NCBI RefSeq assembly: GCF_006345805.1
Contig: NC_043002.1
Location: 62,001 to 126,000 of the forward strand
Length of the DNA stretch: 64,000 nucleotides
Direction: 5' to 3'
Origin: Octopus sinensis
Taxonomy: Eukaryota
How positions within the stretch are numbered: the stretch's first letter is position 1; each line of letters opens with the position of its first letter. A program made the translations under genes and the position numbers. Shown one piece after another: positions 39,472 to 51,000 of the stretch. The notes beneath the pieces are model-generated. The model did no database searches and had not been told where the DNA came from. It saw only the letters and a program-made list of their open reading frames with translations.

Positions 39472-40411
39472 ATGTATGTATGTATTTGTATGACCAGTTT
39501 CTTTCAGTTTCTGTCTACCAAATCCAGTCACAAGGCTTTGGTCAGCCCAAGGTACCATGCAGTGGGACTGAACCCAGGACCATGTGGTTGATAAGCAATC
39601 CACTTACCCCACAGCCACTCCTGTGAAATTTAAAGACAAGTGAACAATTTAAGGAAAGAAGCAGTCCAGGAAACATGTCTACTAACACAGAAAATTGCAT
39701 TGTGGGTAAATGAAACAACATCAAGACGATAGTGTTGAGAAGGGTTCAAATTGATAGAATTCCTTTTTTTTAAAAAAACCAATTAAACTCTTGCTAACCA
39801 GGTATCTGTTGGTGCCCTATGAGCTACAGAGAGAAATTTCAGTAATATATAAATTTAGCCAAATCTTAGTTCTCAAGTTCTAGTCTCCTTCCCCTACAAA
39901 AACAGTTCCTAAAGTCGGTGGCACCACTCCCCCAGGGTGGATGGGAGTGGAAGGATCTGGTGGAACGGGGGCATGACATTGAAGAAAAATGGGGCAATAA
40001 TGGAGTGGACAAAAAGGGTGCTATTACTTTTCTCAGGGTTAGAGAATAATGGAATAATTACTGCTAAGCATTGTGTAGAATATATTGTATAAAGGATTGT
40101 GGGTAAGGCCAAAACAATGCAAAGTAAATGCAAGGTAAATCACAAGAAAGCAAATATGTGAATTAATATAGACTTACCTTGTATTCAATATTTCAGGTTT
40201 ATGACCCCATCCTCAAGAAATTGATGAATGTTGCCAATGTGCATGTGTGGAATGGACATGTGCAGAAGGGTGTTGCTATAGCAACCAGCTAGCTTCCTGT
40301 AACTCTCTTCTGTTGTTGATCTTGGGTTTCTTTTGATGTATGAGGATAGCCTCAGAGATTCTAAGGTTGCCCCTGTTCTACTGTGTTACCTTGATGTGCT
40401 CTGTGAATTCC

Positions 40412-40446
<35 letters not shown>

Positions 40447-41471
40447 AGGATGTAATTCTTCTTGCTTTACTGCCATACCAGACATTGTTAGCAGTATTCC
40501 CTTGGGATCTCCTATGCCTACTACTGAACACTTTTCACACCAATGCCATACGCAGGGGTGAGTGTATATATGTGTTTATTCTTTTACTCCTTTATGTGTT
40601 TCAGTCATTTGACTGCGCCCATGCTGGGGCACCGCCATAAAGGATTTTAGTAGAAGAAGAATTCTACCCCAGGACTTATTCTTTGTAAGCCTAGTACTTA
40701 TTCTATTGGTCTCTTTTGCTGAACCGCTGAGTTACAGGGACATAAACACACCAACATTGGTTGTGAAGCAATGGTGGGGGGACAAACACAGACACAAAGA
40801 CACACACATACACACAACAGGCTTCTGTCAGTTTCCATCTACTAAATCCACTCACAAGGCTTTGGTCAGACTGAGGCTATAGTAGAAGACACTTACCCTT
40901 GGTGCCATGCAGTGGAACTGAACTCGGGACTCTATGGTTGGGAAGCAAGCTTCTTACCACACAGCCACACCTGTATATGTATATTAGCATCATCATCATC
41001 ATCATAATCATCGTTTAACGTCCGTTTTCCGTGCTAGCATGGGTTGGACGGTTTGACTGGGGTCTGGAAAGCCAGGAGGCTGCACCAGGCTCCAGTCTGA
41101 TCTGGCAGAGTTTCTACAGCTGGATGCCCTTCCTAACGCCAACCACTCTGTAAGTGTAGTGGGTGCCACCGGCACTGAGGAGAATGAAGAATTTGGACAA
41201 TTGAGCAATTATTATGAATTAATAATAAACATAAAGTTTAAATGTTCAAATTCTTCATTCTTCTTCTTATCAATTTTGTACTTTACACTCTAAGTAGCCA
41301 GGAAAAACCTGTAACATCAGATGGAGTTAAAGGAAATTTACCATAAAGTGCAGCACCATCTGAAGGAACTAGCCTTGGCATTTTACATAGAGAAATTTGG
41401 TATTTGTCTGGATATTATATCCCTCCTCTTACTAAGATATATATATATATAATTATACACAAAAGTCTGTA

Positions 41472-41510
<39 letters not shown>

Positions 41511-44500
41511 ATGTGTGTGTCAGTCATACCTTGCTACAATGTTTTGTGTTATGCATCTTGGAATGCTCTGCTTGCTAGAAATGGTAGCCAGATCTCCTTC
41601 ACATCTTGTAATTTTAGAAAACACAATGACACATTGGAAATTGTAATCCTAGATACTCGGTGCTTGAAAGGACAGGTTGGTCATGGCTAGAATTCATTTG
41701 ATTCTAGTTTTGTTTGATCAAGGCTAACCTGGCAGTTGGAAGATTATTTAATAGTATTGAGTCATCCAATAGATAATGAAGTTTTTTATGTTACTTTTAT
41801 TTTTCAAAATTAAGATAAACAAAGTTCTATTTTAATCTAAAATATACTCTCCTTCATTTTCTACAATGCTCTTCCGCCTGTCTGGTAGACTTGCAAGGCC
41901 CCTCTTCCAAAATTCACTTGTCTGTAATGAAAAGTACTCCTCCAGTACTGTTCTGGACTCGTCTACAGAATTCATATTTTTTCCGTCCAAATGATTTTGA
42001 AGACTGCAGAATAAATGAGAATCAGATGGGGCAATGCCTGATGAATATGGTGGGTGGGAGTTCATCTCCCATTCAAACTGCTCCAGCCTTTGGAATGTCA
42101 TCCTCATTGTATGTGGCCGAGCATTATCCTGATGGAAGAAAACCTTTCGTCTTGAAACCAAAGATGGTAATTTTCCTTCTAGTGTTGACTTGAATGACTG
42201 GTTAAAAGACCAAATCCAAGCTTCTCTGCTAGTTCTTCAACAGTTACGATGGGGTTTTGCTCCACCAGGGTTTGCAAGACATCCTCATCGAGCTCTACAG
42301 TTCTTCTAGAATGAGCTTTTTCTAGGCTGTAGTTTCTGACTTGGAATTTCTGAAACCACTTTTGACACTGGCTTACGCTTATTGTCCAACCCCCAAAGAC
42401 TGCATTAATATTCCTCACACTTTCTGTTGCGCTGTTGTTTTTCTAGAACTCATAAAACAAAATATGCCAAATATGTTCTTTTGTCACTTCCATTACAGCT
42501 TCGAAAAAATAACTGTTAAAATCGAACACCACTCTTCAAAACTTGGACTAAGAATAAGGACACGGTAAAATTACTACCTGCCTTTATAGCAAGTTGATGC
42601 AGGTAGTTTATCTTGTCCCCCTTCAACTTTTAGGTAATGCAATTGAAAAACCTCATTGTTTATGGGATGACCCAATACATGTACAATTGTTTGAGAAGCT
42701 AAATTTATATCATAATACTTATTTTGTTACTACATATGCATTTTTTTCCCCTTTTCTCATAGATATTGATGAATGTGCTATGCCATCTAAATGTTCTGGT
42801 TTTGGTGAATATTGTTTCAATGTTCCTGGAAGTTTTCAGTGTAAATGTAAGACAGGATATGTCTCAAATAATGGTACTTGTGAAATTCGTAAGTATTTTG
42901 ACTTTGCATATTCTATTTACTTTACATATGTGTGACTGTGTATGCATGTAGGGCATTGAATATTTATGTTTGTACACCTGTATGTTGTGGAGGCGCAATG
43001 GCCCAGTGGTTAGGACAGCGGGCTCACGGTCATAGGATCACAGTTTCAATTCCCAAACCAGGCATTATGAGTGTTTATTGAGCAAAACCATCTAAAGCTC
43101 CACGAAGCTCTGGCAGAAGGTGGCAATGGCAAACCCTGCTGTACTCTTTCACCACAACTTCCCCTCACCCTTTCTTCCTGTTTCTGTTGTACCTGTATTT
43201 CAAAGGGTCAGCCTTATCACACTCTGTGTCACGCTGAATCTCCCTAAGAACTACGTTAAGGGTACACATGTCTGTGGAGTGCTCAGCCACTTGCACATTA
43301 ATTTCACGAGCAGGCTGTTCCATTGATCGGATCAACTGGAACCCTCGTCATCATAACTGAAGGAGTGGCACAATATACCTGTATGTGTATTCATAGGTTT
43401 CTATAAGCTAGGATTTATGCATGCTGTGCTTTGTGCATCCAATTTATGACAGATTAAGTCAATTGCTACATGAACTTTGAGTATCAATAGCAGAGGCCAT
43501 CTTGTTGCAAGCATTCAATCCAGATCTCTGATTTGAAGATAATTTCTCCCCCAGGGGTCATAGGAACTTCCCTTCTCTCCCTCATTCATCATCATCATCC
43601 TTTAACGTTTGCTTTTCATGCTAGCATGGGTTAGACGATTTGACTGAGGACTGGTGAACCAGATGGCTGCGCCAGGCTCCAATCTGATCTGGCAGAGTTT
43701 CTACAGCTGGATGCCCTTCCTATCTGAACGTGATAATGCCAGGACCGTCTGACTGGCTCCTGTGCTGGTGGCACGTAAAAAGCACCCACTACACTCTTGG
43801 AGTGGTTGGCATTAGGAAGGGCATCCAGGTGTAGAAACCTTTCCATATCAGATTGGAGCTTGGTGCAGCCTCCTGGCTTGCCAGTCCTCAGTCAAACCGT
43901 CCAACCATGCCAGCATCTAAAACAGATGTTAAGCAATTATGATGATGATGAAGACAATGATACTTAATTTGATAAAATTAAATATAACGATATATATTTA
44001 ATTAAATATAGTTTGAGTATTCTTTGGATTTTATACTCTTCTACCAATGTTGGTACATTTTGTAAGTATCTGGTCAGGTTTATATTTTCTGTATTACAGT
44101 TGCCAACAAAAACAAATTTTCTGGATCCATGTCAATTAATCTGCGAGATATAACGCAAATCCAAATGGCAAAAAAACTGGCTGACAAATCCAGTGCAGAA
44201 TATAAAACTACTAGTGAAGAAATGAAAAAATCAGTAAGTACACCCTTCTTGTCTTCAATTTGAATTTGCTAGAAATGCTTCCCATATTTGGCTGAAACAC
44301 ACCTGTAATTGAAAAGTAGAATAAACCTAGCTGATTGCATTTGATGAATATGTATTTGTTAATACATTCCTCCATTTAGTGGGGTTTTTTCCTTATGATG
44401 TTGTACTTAGCCTAATACAAATGAAGAAATTCCATTTTCTTGATCAAACCAAAGATTTTGTGATCCCTTAGTCTCTATTGATCTTTCCTTGGTCATCAAC

Positions 44501-47500
44501 TCAGTTTACAAAAGAGTTTCTACAAGATTGTAGCTGCAAGTTGCTAGAAAAAACAACAAAATTACCTCAAATCACACCCTACCGTCTTGTGAGAGATTGT
44601 GTGATCCTTTATCTACTTTGCCTGAAGTTGATGTTTGATCTTTTACCAATGTAATGCTTCTCTCAACGAACTATCGTTTCTGTGTCTATAGAATATGAAA
44701 ATGAAATTTTTGCCTACAGTGCTGAGGTGCACCACAACTTTAAAAAAAAATAAAAAGGGGCATCAGGTGAACTGTCCATGAATTTCAGGAGGCATGGAAG
44801 TTTTGAAAGATGCAGTGTCTTGAGAGCAGGTAGTTTATTCCATGCTTCAGCAATTCTGAGCATGAAAAGATGTTTACAAAAGTCATGGGTGCTGTGCTGT
44901 TTTTTTTTTTATTTTATAAGCATGTCCACGAGTGTTTGATATATGGAATTCAAAAAGGGGCCCAAAGTTGTTGCTGGAAGATGATGGATAATCTTGTGGG
45001 TGCCAACCAAGTCAGTCACCAGACATCCGAGATTCAGTGTACCCATTCCCAGGAAGCGAGTATTTGTTTTGTTGCACGTTTCTGAACAGTTTCCAGGAGA
45101 TTTATATGCTGAGCAAGATGGAGGTTCCAGACAGGTAATGCAAACTCTAAGTGTGGACATACCATAGTCAAATACGGCTTTAAATTGATAGTTGGAGAGA
45201 CAAAGGTCTTACTGAGTGATGCTAGGACACCCTCAGCCTTCTTGACAATCTCAGAGATGTGGTTTGTCCAGGGAAGATCGCTGTTTACAATTATATCCAG
45301 ATCTCGTTCACTAACAGTCTTCTTGAGATTGGTGTTGCTGAGGGAGTATGTAAAAGCTGGGTTTTTCCTCTCAAAATGCTTGGTGACGCACTTGTCCACA
45401 GCTAGCTTGAGTTGCCAGTCAGATACACTGCTGCATTGTGTCCAGATCTGATTGCAGGGAAAGTTTATAGTGTATAAGAGCTGTTCTTTTTATCTCGAGG
45501 TACGACTTGATGTCATCTACATATTTCAACACTATAACTTTCTTCAAGTTAATATCTATGTCATTAGTATATGCAACAAACAGTAGGGGTCCAAGAATGG
45601 ATCCCTGTGGTACACCAGATGTCATCTCATAGGATGAAGGATGATGTCCTAGAACCATAACTGCCTCTTTTTGACCAAGAAAGAAGGACTTCAGCCAGTT
45701 ATAGAGATCAGCTTTCATACCCATTGCTGAGAGTTTTACCACAAGTCATTTGTGTGATATAGAACTGAAGTCCAGATAGGTAGCATCCACCCATGAGCCA
45801 CCATCAGCAATTCAAGTGATGTTCTCAAGAAACTCAATACGTTGGCCACAGCAGTTGGAGTTAGAGTTTTGATCTTAATGATAATGCTACAAATAATATT
45901 CTGTGGATTCTTATATTTTAGATACTTGACAAAATTGGAACAGATAATGTAGTTGTAATTGACGACATCGTGACGGATAAAAGCAACCGGTAAGTGTTCA
46001 TTATTTATTATTATTAATGTTTCATCAATCTTAGAACTCTCCTGATAATCCTTGCTGTCCCTAAGAGACAAACTTTCTCTAGCAGCTTTACTAGGCATTC
46101 TATTTCCAGCCATTTGTTTATATCTTGGTTTACTGTTCTCAATGCCCCAACTATTACAGGCACGACCTTTACTGCTTACAGGCTCTAAATTCTTCCTATT
46201 TCAAACTTTATTTTATTATTATTATTTTTATTACTGGGTGAGAGAGCAGTGCGTGCATGCCATCAAAGTGTCATGTAGGCCATGATTTCCATAAAGCTCC
46301 TAATGGACCATTCTTACCACATTGTCATGCCTTCTTTGTGTTCACATAGTGCCAATTTCAGGCTGCTTCCACTAACGGTGTTCCATACTCTTTCACCCCT
46401 CTTACTACACATTCTGCTCTTACTATCGGTAGTGTCGTCTGTTTTGCACTTAACGCTTGTTCCTGAGCAGCACATATGAGTGCTTCTGTCTCTATCTTCA
46501 GGTCACTCCTCTTCATCCAGAGCCACCAGTCCTTTGTATCTGTCTTAACAGTCACACCTCTTGCAAACTGATCCAACATTTTCTTTTCCTTCCATGCTTT
46601 TTCTTTATTTTCTTTCATTACTTGTTTAAATTTTTCTTTCCTTACACAATTTTCAGTTTTGACGACGCCAGCCTTCTTCATGTGTTTGAACAGTGGCTCC
46701 ACAGCATTTTTTATATCCCACCCTGATCTGTTTTCCTCTTCTGCAATACAATCCTGGCAACTGATCAAACCTCTCCCACCCTTTCTTCTGGACAAGTACA
46801 GTCTATCGGCATCACTCTTAGGGTAGAAGGATCCATGAACTGTCAACATTTTTCTGGTTTTGGCATCTATTTTCTTCACATCTCTCTTTTGCTATTTTAT
46901 AATTCCTGCTCCATACCAAAGTGATGTTGTCACTCATGTATTAACTGCAGTCAATTATGACCACAACACCAACCTCAGTCTTTGGAATTACTCTATCCTC
47001 AGTTGCTTTTCCATTTCCATTTCCATTATATCATTGAACTTTAGTACGCCATGGTATCCTTCTGTTTCAATTTCTTTAATCAAGTCTCTCTTCAGTAATT
47101 CTGTCCCTGCTAGAGACTATACCTTGCCTCTTTTTAGGTAGATTATTCTGCACTTCTTGAGTCCAAATTCAATTCTAATGTCAGTAGTAAAACAGTGGAC
47201 TGTGTTCACCAGGGGACTCACTTGTGTCTCATCCTTGCCATACAGTTTCAAATCATCCATGAAGTGGAGGTGGTTGATTGTTTGGGATTTTTCCTTTAGT
47301 TGATACCTCAGGTTCATTTCCATAAGTACCAATGTCAGATGTATTATGCAGAGAACAAAAAGCAACAGAGATAGGCTATCACCCTGGAAAATCCCTCTTC
47401 TGATACCCAGGGTGCCTAAGCTTTTTTCCATAAGATGTCAGTTCAGTTTTCCATCCCACCATACTTCTCTTCAGGAAACACGTTACATTCCTCCCAATTC

Positions 47501-48046
47501 CAAACAGATCCAAGCATTCGATGTTCCACGAATGTGGAATCGTATCATAAACTTTGCAATAGTCAATCCAGGCCATTCCCAAATTTGTTCTCCTTCGTTT
47601 ACAATCTTGCATTACCATTTTGTCTACCAACAGTTGATCTTCAGTATCTCTGCATCTCCTTCTACAACCTTTTTGTTCTGTTGGTAATATATCATTCTCA
47701 TCAAGAAATTTATACAGTTCTTTTGCAATTCCTCCTGACAGTAACCTACACATTAATGGGAGGCAGGTAATTGGTCTGTAATTGTCAGCATTTCCCTTCT
47801 GGCACAACACCAGCTCAAGATTTCTTCTTCTCCATTGATCAATGCATTAAATTACTTTGTGATCAATTCATAGCAACTACTGGATTTTCTTTTTATCCAA
47901 AATCCCTGTACACCATCAGATCCTGCTACGTTCTTCCAATTGCTTATCTCTTTACTCATATTTCTGGTATTGTCTTCTGTGAGGTGGATAGCTTCTTGCT
48001 GAGGATAAAAAGCTTTTTGCTTTAGGCTGCAGAGCCATTCAGCTGT

Positions 48047-48078
<32 letters not shown>

Positions 48079-51000
48079 GGATGTGGAAGCAAGGTTTAGA
48101 ATCAAAGGGCCTTAAAGTAAATGTAGCAAAGACCAAAGTTATAGCAAGCGTAAAGGCGAACTCAGCACACACACCCTCGGGCAGGTGGCCCTGCTTGATC
48201 TGTAGGAAAGGTGTAGGTAGAAACTCCATAAGTTGTACCCAGTGTAAGCTATGGACGCATAAGAGGTGCAGCAACATCAAAGGGAAATTAACTGATAAGA
48301 TAGCTTTCATGTGCAGCAGATGCACAGGGACAATAAACACCACAGATACTCAGAAAACAGATTCCATCACACTCCAGGGGGAGAAACTAGAAGTAGTTGA
48401 TAGTTTCCGCTACCTAGGTGACCAAGTTAGTAGTGGAGGTGGATGCTCAGAGAGTGTCACCACTAGAATACGAATAGCCTGGGCAAAGTTTAGAAAGCTT
48501 CTACCCCTACTTGTGACAAAGGGTCTCTCGCTCAGAGTGAAAGGTAGATTGTATGATGCATGTGTGCGAACTGCCATGTTTCACTACCGTGAAACATGGG
48601 CTGTGACTGCAGAGGATATGCGTAGACTTGAAAGAAATGAAGCTAACATGATCCGCTGGTTGTGTAATGTCAGTGTGCACGCACGAAAGAGAGTAAACAC
48701 CCTGAGAGAAATGCTGGATATAAGAAGCATCAGATGTGGTGTGCAAGAGCGACGCTTGCGATGGTATGGTCATGTACTGCGGATGGATGAGGAGAGATGT
48801 GTGAAGAAGTGCCACTCCCAAACAGTTGAAGGAATCAGGGCTAGAGGTAGACCCAGGAAGACATGGGATGAGGTAGTCAAACATGACCTCAGAACATTGG
48901 GCCTTACAGAGGCAATGACGAAGGACCGAGATCTCTGGAGATATGCTGTGACTGCAAAGACCCGGGCTGCTTCCTGCACCAGCTCCACATAGCCCCTGCC
49001 CATTCAAAGTACCTTGGATTCCAGAACATCCCGCCGTGCTCGAGGAGACCTATTGAGTCAAGTACATGAACATCGAAATAAATATCAATGGAAATAGTAG
49101 TTGTGATACCTGTGCTGGTGGCACGTAAAAAGCACCATCCAAACGTGGCTGATGCCAGCGCCGCCTTGACTGGCTTCTGTGTCAGTGGCACGTAAAAAGC
49201 ACCATCTGATAGTGGCCGCTGCCAAACTCCCCTGGCACCTGTGCCGGTGGCACATAAAAAGCACCCACTATGCTCACGGAGTGGTTGGCATCAGGAAAGG
49301 CATCCAGCTGTAGAAACACTGCCAGATCAGACTGGAGCCTGGTGCAGCCTCCTGGCTTCCCAAACCCCGGTCAAACCGTCCAACCCATGCTAGCACGGAA
49401 AACGGACGTTAAACGCCGCCGCCGTCGTCGTTGTTGTTGTTGCTGCTGCTGCTCTTCTTCTTCTTCTTCAGTAGTCTTATTTTTATCGCATGCTTTCACT
49501 GCACTACCAAGTGCAGCTCTGTGTGCTGTGAGTTGTTGTGATGCTCTTATTTTTACTATATTGAAAGTGTTTTACGTAGGAGCTGTGCAGTGCCTAGTAG
49601 TGCTTTTTTTTTTGTTATATATACTTGTTAGTCCTGGTGTTTTTATTATGTATTTGTCTGAATATTTTTTTATCATACCTAACACACCTACTATGATAGG
49701 AATTGTTTCTGTTTTTAGATGCCACATTCAAGCCAACTCTATTTCTAGATCTTTGTATTTTGAAAGTTTCTCCATTTCTTTTAGAGAAACATTATCATCT
49801 GTTGGTATATTGATACATCAATTAGAAAGCATATTTTTTTCTTGGTGATCTCTAACAACTATATCCAGCCTATTGGCCTTAATACCTCTATCTGTATTGG
49901 TGTGTCCAAGAGTATGGTTGCTTTCTCATTTTCTTTGACCTCTTCTGGCATGTGCCTATACCATTTTTTTCTGTTGTTATTCCATAGTGTTGGCATAGCT
50001 TCCTGTGTATATAGGTCCCAACTCTGTCGTGTCTGTGAATATATTCCTTCTTTGCCAGGACTGGGAAGCCAGAGACAATATGATTTATTGTTTCTTTTCC
50101 GTCTCTACATATTCTGCAGTTACTTGTTATATTTCTTTTCATTACATATTTTTGGTAATTTCTGCTTTGAGTCCTCAGCCTCTCAGCCATTGTGGGGATT
50201 TTACTTTGTCTATTTCTTTTCTGTCTAGTTTAAGCTAGCTCCTGTGGAGAGCTCTTCATTGGGCCTTTGGCCCAACAATGACACTTCATGCATTGAGTAC
50301 ATATTAAATTTCACTAAACTTGAACAATATTTTTCAAGCAATGAACAATTTTCGTCATTTGTCAACTTGGAACTTGGTGCAAAGCTTCATCATAAACAAC
50401 ATTTTTTGTCTTCCCATTCCCGGAGTCAGTACAAATAACTTGTTTCCATTCCTTATCCTTGAACAACCAACATATAGTCTTTTCATATTCTCTGCATTTG
50501 AAGCCCTCCTGGCTGCCGTTTGATTATGGTTTTCATTTGCACGGGACTTTCTTTCCCTCTCTGCTTGCTCTTTTCATTGCAATCTGGTCCTCACTTGGCA
50601 GAGATTTATTTTTGCAAAGCATTTTGTTGCCGTATGCGATAGACAACAATAAACTTACCTTGTAAAAGTTCAACAATAATTCTTCTGTCACCACTTGATT
50701 TTAAGACAATTTGATGTATGTAGGGCCTTACTTTTCATACAAACAATTATCTTTGGTAGCTGATACCTATCTAAACTCCTGTTCATAGTTTGAAGGAAAA
50801 TTACACGACTGTCGCTAAACACTATTTTAAAGTGCGATTTTTATGGTTTGGAATTGCTCTAAACGTATTTGACCATAAAAGATGTTTGAAATTTGTGAGA
50901 GAGGGGTAAAACATGAGGAATAGAAGTGTCATTGAATAGTGAGAGAGGAAGTCAAAGGAGTAAAGTTGTAAAAGTGTGACACACTGACATTCGCTTTTGC

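Noticed and set aside
40218-40330. Possible extra EGF exon reading [15 protein letters not shown]
   Set aside because: Cys spacing is not EGF-like, the acceptor is weak, and it is the antisense of the Penelope-like tail
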